DNA from: Promethearchaeota archaeon
Lineage (GTDB): Archaea > Asgardarchaeota > Thorarchaeia > Thorarchaeales > Thorarchaeaceae
Assembly (NCBI GenBank): GCA_048939765.1
Contig: JBHLPF010000066.1
Span: forward strand, 1 to 12,120
Direction of reading: 5' to 3'
DNA: 12,120 nt
The first letter of the stretch is position 1. The number at the start of each line of letters is the position of its first letter. Position numbers and translations under genes: made by a program. Below, piece after piece: positions 1 to 8,197 of this stretch. The notes beneath the pieces are model-generated. The model saw only the letters and a list, made by a program, of their open reading frames with translations. It was not told the DNA's origin and ran no database searches.

Positions 1-23
1 TTCAAGTCCCGGCGGGGGCGCCA
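1..23 (+). tRNA. 3' end of a tRNA gene, truncated by the window edge; isotype not visible (G73 discriminator, Asn/Asp-like)
   Basis: TTCAAGT T-loop, CCCGG T-stem 3' strand, 7-nt acceptor strand CGGGGGC, discriminator G and encoded CCA, all at canonical spacing; followed by a pyrimidine tract. Confidence 0.9.
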
Positions 24-32
24 CTTCTTTTC
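24..32 (+). terminator. Oligo-pyrimidine archaeal terminator after the tRNA
   Basis: CTTCTTTTT immediately after CCA. Confidence 0.5.
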
Positions 33-129
33 AACTCTCAAACTCCACTTCACTCTAACTGTGAGTCAGAAAAGAAAGACAGATAGGACAGGGAGTAACA
101 AGAATTTTAGTACTATTTGGAGGCGATGA

Positions 130-1023
130 TTGTTGAAAGAAATTGCACATAGTGAAGAAAAAAAAGTCAAGGTGGGCGATGTTGAAATTGTCTATGACAC
201 CTTTGGGGATCCCTCTGATCCACCTATGCTGCTTGTAATGGGACTGGGCGCACAGATGATTCGATGGGATGAGGTCTTCTGTAAGGCACTTGCGTCCCAA
301 GGACACTGGGTGATTCGATTTGATAATCGTGATGTGGGATTGTCGTCGAAGTTTGATGATGCTGGCGTTCCCAATGTTATGGCCCTTATTGGAGGACAGA
401 CAGTCGATGTTCCCTACAAACTGACAGATATGGCAAGTGATGCAATAGGCTTGCTTGACGCACTGGGAATTGAGGAGGCTGATGTTGTAGGCGTTTCAAT
501 GGGAGGTATGATTGTCCAGACAATGGCTATTCATTATCCCGACAGAGTACGAACTCTGACGTCAATCATGTCTTCAACGGGCAATCCAGATCTCCCGCAG
601 CCAACAGAAGATGCGATGGCAGCCTTACTTGCTCCCCCTGTATCCAGTCGAGATGAATACATCAAGAACTCTCTGATGGGTGCGAAGGTACTGCACGGAC
701 CTCATTATCCATTGGATGAGGACTATGTCCGCAACTACTCGGAGATCTCCTATGATAGGTGCTATAATCCTTCAGGAGTTACTAGGCAGTTGGCTGCTGT
801 TCTCGCATCAGGAAGTCGAAATGAGGAATTAGGGAAAGTGAAGATACCAACCCTAGTCATTCATGGAAATGCTGATCCGTTGGTTCCAGTTGAAGGCGGG
901 AAAGACACAGCGAAGAGTATACCAGATGCGGATTTGCTTATTATCGAAGGGATGGGGCATAGTTTTCCAACTGAAGTGGCTCCACGGATAATTCAAGCAA
1001 TTCTCAAGCATACAGCACCCTAG
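130..1023 (+). CDS. Alpha/beta fold hydrolase
   Basis: MGLG oxyanion loop, RFDNRDVG, GVSMG nucleophile elbow, HGNADP acid, GMGH catalytic His; GGAGG RBS at 119-123; TTG start at 130 or 133. Confidence 0.92.
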   Translation: MLKEIAHSEEKKVKVGDVEIVYDTFGDPSDPPMLLVMGLGAQMIRWDEVFCKALASQGHWVIRFDNRDVGLSSKFDDAGVPNVMALIGGQTVDVPYKLTDMASDAIGLLDALGIEEADVVGVSMGGMIVQTMAIHYPDRVRTLTSIMSSTGNPDLPQPTEDAMAALLAPPVSSRDEYIKNSLMGAKVLHGPHYPLDEDYVRNYSEISYDRCYNPSGVTRQLAAVLASGSRNEELGKVKIPTLVIHGNADPLVPVEGGKDTAKSIPDADLLIIEGMGHSFPTEVAPRIIQAILKHTAP

Positions 1024-1090
1024 ATGGCCAAACCATTAAGTCCAGTTACATATCGTGATTGAGATAAGGGAGTCCAATCGATAAAAGATC

Positions 1091-1555
1091 ATGATGTCCT
1101 GCATCGAGATGCTCTTCGAACACAACTTTGCTGTCAGAGAACCTATTCTTGACTCAGTCAACCAACTCTCCAGTGAGGACTTCACGAAAAACCATGGAGT
1201 GGGTTGGGGTTCAATTAAAGAAATCCTAATCCATTTGGTCAATACCGAGAAGTATTGGATGTCAGTGCTCAAGGATGAAGAGATGAATTGGCTGGATCCG
1301 AATGACTTCCCGGATTCACAAAGCATAGCTAGAGCTTGGACGGATACTGAAAAAGAAACCAGAGAGTATCTGATGGCACTCGATAACGACCAGTTACATC
1401 ATGTGAAACGGATCAGATGGCCTGATGCAACCGTGAGTTTCACAATCAAGAAGGCACTTGTCCATCTGGCGACCCATGAGATACATCATCGGGGTCTCAT
1501 TGTTGGATTGATTAGAAAGATGGGTCATACACCGCCAGTTGTTGATATGCTGTGA
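1091..1555 (+). CDS. DinB family protein
   Basis: SIKEILIHLVNTE...W and HLATHEIHHRG His-triad pattern typical of DinB/YfiT four-helix bundles. Confidence 0.88.
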   Translation: MMSCIEMLFEHNFAVREPILDSVNQLSSEDFTKNHGVGWGSIKEILIHLVNTEKYWMSVLKDEEMNWLDPNDFPDSQSIARAWTDTEKETREYLMALDNDQLHHVKRIRWPDATVSFTIKKALVHLATHEIHHRGLIVGLIRKMGHTPPVVDML

Positions 1556-1571
1556 GAGGGGCTGAACAAGA

Positions 1572-2576
1572 ATGACAGAGTTCCTAGATGCATGTTATGA
1601 TGCCATCAAGAAGCAAGAAACCTCGATACCTGAAACGATTGCTTCAGTAGATGAAAAAGGGGCAGATATTCTCAAGAACAGACGATTGATCGTTCTAACT
1701 GGGTGTGGCGACTCCTATGCCGTAGCGGAGTATGGAAAATGGGCCTTCCTAGGAGTCGGGCTCAATGCAATATCACTTTCACCAACTGAGATGTCCAGGA
1801 TTCAATTGAACAAAGACGACGTTGTCATCGGAGTGACAGCATCAGGAAGAAGTCTTGCCACAATAGAGGCCTTGGAAACAGCCAAGTCTGCAAATGCAGC
1901 CATTGTCGTGCTTACTGACAATGAGAGTGGGAATGCATCGGCTCTTGCAGACTATGTCTGGGTGACTCAATCTGGTATGAGAACTCATAACATCAGTCCT
2001 TCATCCGTCACAACGACTGCAATGACATATCTCTTGAAGCTAGCAGTAGAGCACCAGGCGGCAGCTAAAAGTCCAATGCATAATGACTTACAGAGGTTGA
2101 AGGGTAACGGAAGGCAGCTACTGGAATGGGCAGAAACTGTCGGGAAGGAGAGTTCGAAGGTCGGAGTCCCGGGCAAACCGCTGTATATGATATCGCATGG
2201 ACCTAATTATGCGGCTGCACTGATAGGGATGATGAAGTTCAACGAGTACGGCGTCATCCAGAGCAATGCTGCTCTGTGGGAAGACTTCCGACACCACTAT
2301 GTCTTGACTATCAATCCTGGTGACACTGCTTTCTTGGTGACTGATAGTCCAATTGACAAGAGGGATGAAAGGTATCTTCAATCTCTTACTGGCACCCTAA
2401 AGATGACAGCAGTCCATCTCCATACACCGGAAAGTCTTGGACTTGCCAGTCCACTAGGGCAAGTCATAGCAAACTCGATTGCACTGCAGATGGCCGCATA
2501 CTACAATGTCATGGAGTACGACCCAGGCAAAGAGTTCTGGAGAAAGCCCAATGTGGATGCCTTCAGAATCTACTGA
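1572..2576 (+). CDS. Double SIS-domain sugar-phosphate isomerase/deaminase-like protein (GlmS C-terminal/FrlB/AgaS-like)
   Basis: LTGCGDSY, VTASGRS, LTDN motifs; 334 aa two-SIS architecture with no glutaminase domain. Confidence 0.85.
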   Translation: MTEFLDACYDAIKKQETSIPETIASVDEKGADILKNRRLIVLTGCGDSYAVAEYGKWAFLGVGLNAISLSPTEMSRIQLNKDDVVIGVTASGRSLATIEALETAKSANAAIVVLTDNESGNASALADYVWVTQSGMRTHNISPSSVTTTAMTYLLKLAVEHQAAAKSPMHNDLQRLKGNGRQLLEWAETVGKESSKVGVPGKPLYMISHGPNYAAALIGMMKFNEYGVIQSNAALWEDFRHHYVLTINPGDTAFLVTDSPIDKRDERYLQSLTGTLKMTAVHLHTPESLGLASPLGQVIANSIALQMAAYYNVMEYDPGKEFWRKPNVDAFRIY

Positions 2577-2672
2577 AGTGCGTCATGCGAAAACGTAACA
2601 AGCAGAACTGGTGGAACAGCTCTGATTCGTCTGGACGAGATAGACCCATCAGATCTCAGGCTATGAATTGTA

Positions 2673-3428
2673 TCACATTGTCCCTTGATAGAGGCCACCA
2701 TCCACTAGAAGAAGAGCTCCATGAACATAGCTTGCAAGAGGGCTGAGAAGAAATGCGCACACTGCACCAAACTCGGTAGGAGTGCCCATTCTTCCAAGTG
2801 GAATTCTTGCTTCTATACTACTCATCGCTTCCTTGTTACTGGCCATAAGCTGCTCGACTCTGTCAGTGTAGATGTATCCAGGAAGGATTGCATTGACCCG
2901 AACTCCTTCTGAACCAATCTCGCCTGCGAGGGTACGCATCATTCCAATCACTGCGGGACGAATCGCATTTGAAAGCAACAGATTGTCGATGGGTTGCTTT
3001 ACAGATACTGATGTACTGTAGAGTATGGCAGGTGATTCAGTCTGCTTCAGGAGCGGCAGCGACTCTCTTGTGAGCCATATTGCACTCATCAGAGTCAGAT
3101 CAAACCCTCTTTTCCAGTCCTCGTCAGACATTTTTGAGAAAGTCCCAGGTGGTGGGCCGCCTGCATTGACAAACAATCCATCAAGCGTGGAGCTGCGTTC
3201 CTTCACATATTCAAGAAGTGACTTCACGTCTTCCTTCTTTGATACATCTGCAACGACATACTGAGCTCTGTCGCCCAGCTTTGAAACAGCCTCATTCAGA
3301 GATGCCTCGTTTCGACCACAGATGATTACATTGGCTTCCTCCTGTGCCAATGCATATGCGGCACCAAAGCCGAGACCACGAGAAGCAGCCGTGACTAAGA
3401 TTGTCTTGTCTTTCAGTTGAAGATCCAT
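2673..3428 (-). CDS. SDR family oxidoreductase (FabG-like subfamily)
   Basis: TAASRGLG Rossmann motif, NAGGPP, SNAIR in place of YxxxK, VNAILPG, VDGG C-terminus. Confidence 0.92.
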   Translation of the reverse strand: MDLQLKDKTILVTAASRGLGFGAAYALAQEEANVIICGRNEASLNEAVSKLGDRAQYVVADVSKKEDVKSLLEYVKERSSTLDGLFVNAGGPPPGTFSKMSDEDWKRGFDLTLMSAIWLTRESLPLLKQTESPAILYSTSVSVKQPIDNLLLSNAIRPAVIGMMRTLAGEIGSEGVRVNAILPGYIYTDRVEQLMASNKEAMSSIEARIPLGRMGTPTEFGAVCAFLLSPLASYVHGALLLVDGGLYQGTM

Positions 3429-3470
3429 GTTTCTGAGTAAGCTATATCCCCAAATAAGAAACGCGGCGTA

Positions 3471-3758
3471 TCACATTGCACGAACGGCAGCAGGTTTCTC
3501 AGTCCTTGAGCCCATAGCAACCTCTAGGTGTAGGAATGCGGCACTGAGCCGCTGAAAGTCTTTAGGAACTTGAAACTCGCCAACTCCCAGCGAGTTCAGG
3601 ACCCGTTCTATCTTCATTGGGGTCAGCTTGTGATTCCCATTTGAACTGAATGCTATAAGGACTCTAGGATCATCCGGATCTGGAATCCTGTAAACCGACT
3701 GGCAAGGAATCCCTTTATCTTCTAGACCGTGTTTTATCTTGGCCTCTAACTTGTCCAT
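3471..3758 (-). CDS. Hypothetical protein (95 aa)
   Basis: Uncontested ORF in tandem with the SDR gene; protein-like composition; no recognised motif. Confidence 0.7.
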   Translation of the reverse strand: MDKLEAKIKHGLEDKGIPCQSVYRIPDPDDPRVLIAFSSNGNHKLTPMKIERVLNSLGVGEFQVPKDFQRLSAAFLHLEVAMGSRTEKPAAVRAM

Positions 3759-3936
3759 CTTGACAATACACCAGTATTTCGTTCCGGATTAGGGTACAAA
3801 AGCACCTGTATTAACTTCGTAATACTCACAAACAGCGCCAAAATAACATAGAATTCGATTCTGGATGGCTTGCGCTGGTCATCTTCTTGATAAAGAGCCG
3901 GATGATGAAAGGTTTCGACAGTGGAGGTTGAATCAG

Positions 3937-4938
3937 TTGGATAGAGAAGGCTATCGCAATTATCTCATTGATCGAGAGCAGCCAATCCCAGAGGAGAAGA
4001 TTGGACCGGCAATTGAGATGGTCGAGAGGTTTGAGAAGTTTATCAAGAAATCAGAGAAGACTCTGGAGACCGCTGCCTCCTCTGAAGTCAACGAATTCTC
4101 CAGAATACTGATTGATGAGAAACTGAACAGCTACGATAGCTATCTTGCATTGTCCAGATATGGTCACTTTGTGAAGAACCTGGACCTCTACTTGGCAGTC
4201 CTTGAACTACTCGATGGGGCCGAGGTCATGGATGTACTCCGTGAGCGATTGGGAGAAGCAGTGGGCGAAGACAAGAGGGATGAGGTCTTTGAGGGGATAG
4301 AAGCACCACTCGGTATGCCATCTACTGAGAAGCCAAAGGTCACCAAGGCTGTCTTGGATCGAATGAAGGAATTAGTCGACCCTGAAGACTGTAAGAAAGC
4401 ACTCGTCGGCACAGCACATGGAATCCCAAAAGAGTGGTACAAGCAGGAACGGGAGAAGTTTTTGGCAGCCAAGGACATTGACGAGTATATTGCCAAGAAG
4501 AGGGAAAACGCTATCGCAGAATTGGAGAAACACAGGGACGAGTGTACACTGTTCTATAATCAAGAGATTACTGATGAGGTGGTTGAATTCGTCAAGAGTC
4601 GGCTGGATATGTTGAGTGGTATGCGTGATGGTGATAAGATTGTTCACACTAAGATTCCGTACCTCGCCAAGGAGTATCTTGCTGAAACCGATGAGAGAAA
4701 GAAGAGATACTATGCATGTCACTGTGCCTGGGCCAGGGAAACAATCATGGACGATGAGATAGATGTCCCTGCTTCCTTCTGTTATTGCAGTGGTGGGTTT
4801 ACTAAACAGCCATGGGAGGTTGCACTCGATCAGCAACTAGAAGTGAAGATGGTCAAGTCAGTTCTGAAAGGAGATATGGAGTGCACATTTGCTATTCCTT
4901 TACCGAAAGAAGTCATGGACAAAGTCGAACATTCTTGA
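3937..4938 (+). CDS. Cys-rich DUF6144/V4R-like protein with helical N-terminal domain
   Basis: YYACHC...FCYCSGGF...KSVLKGDMECTF C-terminal motif; GGAGGT at 3923-3928 points to an in-frame TTG at 3937 rather than ATG 3865. Confidence 0.75.
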   Translation: MDREGYRNYLIDREQPIPEEKIGPAIEMVERFEKFIKKSEKTLETAASSEVNEFSRILIDEKLNSYDSYLALSRYGHFVKNLDLYLAVLELLDGAEVMDVLRERLGEAVGEDKRDEVFEGIEAPLGMPSTEKPKVTKAVLDRMKELVDPEDCKKALVGTAHGIPKEWYKQEREKFLAAKDIDEYIAKKRENAIAELEKHRDECTLFYNQEITDEVVEFVKSRLDMLSGMRDGDKIVHTKIPYLAKEYLAETDERKKRYYACHCAWARETIMDDEIDVPASFCYCSGGFTKQPWEVALDQQLEVKMVKSVLKGDMECTFAIPLPKEVMDKVEHS

Positions 4939-5023
4939 GGTGTAGACCCAGGAATTTGCGGCTAGTTTCTCGTGCATTCCGAGTCTAAGTTAGATAAGAT
5001 AATCTCTCAATGGATGACATATC

Positions 5024-5563
5024 ATGACAATGAGTATTGATGGTGCCATAAAGGGTCGGAGAAGCATCAGGGACTACAAGGAGGATGAAGTTCCAGAATA
5101 CTTGATCAGGCAGATTATCGAAGCTGCAACATTTGCACCCAGCGCAAAGAATGGGCAACAGTGGAGATTCACTGTGCTGACTGGTGATTCTAAGGACAAG
5201 CTCACGAACCTGTACAGAGATAGACTGGGAAAGTTAGATTTTGATGTAGGCTCCTCCTTTGGGTCCTGCGAGATGATGGAAGAGGCTCCTGTGGTAATTA
5301 TGGTCTGGAACACAAACCAGTTTGGATGGGAAACTGAGATCCATAGCGTAGCTGCTGCCATCCAGAACCTGCTTCTCAAGGCGCATTCATTAGGACTTGG
5401 AACATGCTGGATTGGTGATATCTTCTATGCGTATAATGCAGTTATGAAGCACTTCAAGAAACCTTGGAAACTATTGGCTGCAATAACAGTGGGTTGGCCA
5501 GCAATCACCCCAGGTCCCAGATCCAGATTGACAGTTGACGAAGTGACCGAGTTCTTGGATTGA
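5024..5563 (+). CDS. Nitroreductase family protein
   Basis: RRSIRDY, APSAKNGQQWRF, AAAIQNLLLKAHSLGLGTCWIG FMN-binding motifs. Confidence 0.93.
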   Translation: MTMSIDGAIKGRRSIRDYKEDEVPEYLIRQIIEAATFAPSAKNGQQWRFTVLTGDSKDKLTNLYRDRLGKLDFDVGSSFGSCEMMEEAPVVIMVWNTNQFGWETEIHSVAAAIQNLLLKAHSLGLGTCWIGDIFYAYNAVMKHFKKPWKLLAAITVGWPAITPGPRSRLTVDEVTEFLD

Positions 5564-5579
5564 TAGTAGCGGAAATAGC

Positions 5580-5608
5580 TGGTCAAAACGGCAGGATTTG
5601 AACCGGCA
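5580..5608 (-). pseudogene. Degenerate tRNA 3' fragment (possible att-site remnant)
   Basis: Reverse complement reads GCCGG-TTCAAAT-CCTGC-CGTTTTG-A-CCA, i.e. T-arm, 7-nt acceptor strand, discriminator and CCA; no 5' half upstream. Confidence 0.55.
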
Positions 5609-5666
5609 ATTGCCCAGAAACTCAGAGAAGGTGACTTATGAAATAATCCTAATATGCCTTACAGGC

Positions 5667-5697
5667 AGAAAAATGACAATATTATGGGCATTTTTCT
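5667..5697. promoter_or_regulatory. 31-bp imperfect palindrome (candidate operator)
   Basis: AGAAAAATGACAATA-T-TATGGGCATTTTTCT; 13 of 15 arm positions complementary, outer 9 bp perfect. Confidence 0.6.
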
Positions 5698-5699
5698 CG

Positions 5700-5750
5700 T
5701 TATAGGGCAAAAGAGGGCACTTTTATAAGCACGACTTGATAGCTAGTAAT
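5700..5750 (+). promoter_or_regulatory. Archaeal promoter (purine-rich BRE region + TATA) for the sORF-A/hypothetical/tfb unit
   Basis: TTATAGGGCAAAAGAG followed by TTTTATAA at 5721-5728; GTAAT 25 nt downstream of the TATA start. Confidence 0.65.
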
Positions 5751-5882
5751 GATTGAGAGAGTAAGTAGAGAATAAGTTCGGTTGTATTCTTGTATTGACC
5801 GATTGTGCGGTTATATTGCATTCATTGTGCGAATCCCGAAATGTCCTACTTTGGCTCTGAGCCGTATCTGAAGTGAATAGGA

Positions 5883-6044
5883 ATGACAGAAGAAGGACTA
5901 AACGCTAGATTGCCAATTACAGAATGGTTTGATATTGAGAGAAGAATGGCCATAGTGGCACGAATGACTGCAGACAGGCCCTACTTCGAAATCACAAAAC
6001 CCACAGGCTCTCCTCGAAACGATGATGACGAGGAGAAGTCGTAG
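5883..6044 (+). CDS. Unannotated small protein A (53 aa): MTEEGLNARLPITEWFDIERRMAIVARMTADRPYFEITKPTGSPRNDDDEEKS
   Basis: Hand-translated; stop abuts next start (TAG-ATG, 6042-6047); 17/23 identity to sORF-B core with synonymous codon changes. Confidence 0.85.
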   Translation: MTEEGLNARLPITEWFDIERRMAIVARMTADRPYFEITKPTGSPRNDDDEEKS

Positions 6045-6557
6045 ATGAACATCAACATTGTTCATTCAACACCATCAGAGGCTTGGAATCAGAAGCTGCC
6101 GCCAATTGGTTTCTCGCTGGATTACTCAGGAACTGCTATGACAGTTACGAAGTTTCCTGGAACCGACTGCTATCTCAGATTGTTGAGGCCACCACAAGGC
6201 TCCTTGGAGTTTGTTGTTAAGTCATACAGAAGTGAAACCCACAATCATAATACACTGAGAAATCTTATTCATGAGTTTGGCCTTGAGATTGGGTCTTCGG
6301 CGATGATGGGAAAGACCACTACAATCAGAATTGGAGAGATAGATCGCAGAGCGCGGGAGTTTGTGTCCGGAAATGGGTTATCACGTAAGAAATGGCTAGC
6401 CATGATAATCCCATCTCCTGATGGTGGCCCCTATGGGTTGCTTGTGATATTCGGTTTGTACATAGGATCCAACGGAAGTGGGAAACGCATTAGGATTTCA
6501 GAAAATCCTGTATTCAGGAAGCTAATGGACAGCTTTCAATTAACAGGTGGGCGTTAG
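6045..6557 (+). CDS. Hypothetical protein (170 aa), possibly PsbP/Mog1-like fold
   Basis: Coupled to sORF-A and 12 nt upstream of tfb; N-terminal GFSLDY strand and C-terminal FRKLMDSFQL resemble PsbP/DcrB/Mog1-type proteins (fold call is inference). Confidence 0.75.
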   Translation: MNINIVHSTPSEAWNQKLPPIGFSLDYSGTAMTVTKFPGTDCYLRLLRPPQGSLEFVVKSYRSETHNHNTLRNLIHEFGLEIGSSAMMGKTTTIRIGEIDRRAREFVSGNGLSRKKWLAMIIPSPDGGPYGLLVIFGLYIGSNGSGKRIRISENPVFRKLMDSFQLTGGR

Positions 6558-6569
6558 GAGTAGATAGAG

Positions 6570-7520
6570 ATGGCAAATTCAGTTGGACGGAAGAAGGCTC
6601 ATTTGAATAAGCCAGAAATGTGTTTGGGCTGCGGAGGGACTTCATTCACCAAGGACTATGCTCGTGCAGAACGTATCTGTACGTCGTGTGGGCTGGTTGT
6701 ATCGGAGCGTTCCGCTGACAGAGGGCCTGAATGGAGAGCCTTCACAGCAGAGGAGAGAGATGCAAGAGCGAGAACAGGGGCTCCAATGAGGCTAAGTATA
6801 GCCGATAAGGGTCTCTCGACTACAATTGACTGGCGAAACAAAGATGCGAGTGGTAGGGCATTGAAGAGCAATACGCGTGCTGCAATCTATCGATTGAGAA
6901 AATGGCATATCAGAACGAGGGTGCATAGTTCTCAACATAGGAATCTAGGTATTGCAATGAGTGAGATGGAGAGGCTCTCCTCGCAGCTCGGAATTCCGCG
7001 CGAGGCCAGAGAAACTGCAGCTCTCATATACAGGAAAGCTCTGGCAAAGAAACTGGTCAGAGGAAGAAGTATCGAGGCCGTCGTTGCAGCATCAATCTAT
7101 CTTGCTTGTAGGATTCATCGGATTCCCAGGCGGCTGGATGAAGTAGTAGCTGAGTCAAAGACTAATAGGAAGCAGGTTGGTCAAGCTGTTCGACTGGTTA
7201 TCTCTCGCGTAAATATCAACGTGCCACTTGCCTCTGCAAAAGACCTCATACCAAGACTCTCCTCTGATCTTGGTCTTGAAGGAAGAACCATGAGGAAAGC
7301 TACCGAGATAGTTAGGAGAGCCAAAGAGGGCCGAATAACCATAGGAAAGGATCCTGGTGGTATCGCGGGGGCTGCGTTGTATATAGCTGGAATACTTGAA
7401 GAAGATAAGCGGACGCAAAGGCAAATAGCGAGAGTTTCGCGAGTTACAGAAGTCACAATTCGCAACAGATACAAGGAGCTTGTCCGTTCTCTTGGAATTT
7501 CATTTGATACTGATTTGTAG
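6570..7520 (+). CDS. tfb: Transcription initiation factor IIB (TFB)
   Basis: Zn ribbon CLGC...CTSC, B-reader DRGPEWRAF, RTGAP, GLSTTI, two cyclin repeats (LVRGRSIE, GKDP), C-terminal VTEVTIRNRYKEL HTH; AGGAG RBS. Confidence 0.97.
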   Translation: MANSVGRKKAHLNKPEMCLGCGGTSFTKDYARAERICTSCGLVVSERSADRGPEWRAFTAEERDARARTGAPMRLSIADKGLSTTIDWRNKDASGRALKSNTRAAIYRLRKWHIRTRVHSSQHRNLGIAMSEMERLSSQLGIPREARETAALIYRKALAKKLVRGRSIEAVVAASIYLACRIHRIPRRLDEVVAESKTNRKQVGQAVRLVISRVNINVPLASAKDLIPRLSSDLGLEGRTMRKATEIVRRAKEGRITIGKDPGGIAGAALYIAGILEEDKRTQRQIARVSRVTEVTIRNRYKELVRSLGISFDTDL

Positions 7521-7608
7521 CCAAAGAAGACAGAAAAGACGCCCAATGAAAATGGATAGAAAAGGATTGCATTCAATGAACACCTCCATATCTGAACAGA
7601 TTCGAATC

Positions 7609-8103
7609 CTAGAGTCCCGTATATGAACCGATCAGATAAGAAAGGAAATTTACAAGCCTTGTGCGATTCTCGGAGTCTATTGCGGAAATCTCTAGAGTGG
7701 GCAGATTTGTCATTTTTTCTATGTGAGATTTGCTTAGAGACTCATCCAAGTCTTGCTTATTTGCAACAACAGCGAATCGAGTTTCAGGAAATGACTCTCT
7801 AAGAAACCTCAGAGAGTATTTGATGTGACTTACATCCTCTCTTGTGCTGTCAGTGACAATTAGCAGGTAACGATGAAATGGTCTGCTATTCCTAAGGAAG
7901 GACCTGGAGAATATTTCCAGCTTTTCAGGTGCGGAACTTGATGTCTGAAGCTCCCAAATTGCAAAGTCAAAGTTCTTGGATTTCAGCCTGGTCGCTATGC
8001 CACTACTCTCAGCTTTATCATTTAATAGGTGAATAAGTTCAGTCTTGCCTACCTGCGGCTCACCTATGATTGCTATTGCTATCTCTCTGATCGGTTCTGT
8101 CAA
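7609..8103 (-). CDS. Small Ras/Arf-like P-loop GTPase with degenerate G3 (164 aa)
   Basis: G1 GEPQVGKT, G4 NKQD, G5 SAI; G3 position reads WELQ instead of WDxxG; probable TTG start at 8103 since the ORF upstream of that overlaps ssb. Confidence 0.8.
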   Translation of the reverse strand: MTEPIREIAIAIIGEPQVGKTELIHLLNDKAESSGIATRLKSKNFDFAIWELQTSSSAPEKLEIFSRSFLRNSRPFHRYLLIVTDSTREDVSHIKYSLRFLRESFPETRFAVVANKQDLDESLSKSHIEKMTNLPTLEISAIDSENRTRLVNFLSYLIGSYTGL

Positions 8104-8158
8104 TTGTAAATTAACCCAGATTGTATTGTGTTCTATTGCTATTGACTCTAACGAACCA

Positions 8159-8193
8159 CTCCTACAACCAAATTGGTTGGATTCCTCTAGGAG
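8159..8193. repeat. Nested inverted repeat between ssb and GTPase gene
   Basis: CAACCAA-A-TTGGTTG (8165-8179) enclosed by CTCCTA (8159-8164) / TAGGAG (8188-8193). Confidence 0.55.
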
Positions 8194-8197
8194 ACTG

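Noticed and set aside
3865-3936. ATG start at 3865
   Set aside because: A strong GGAGGT precedes TTG 3937, and the extension occupies the likely divergent promoter region
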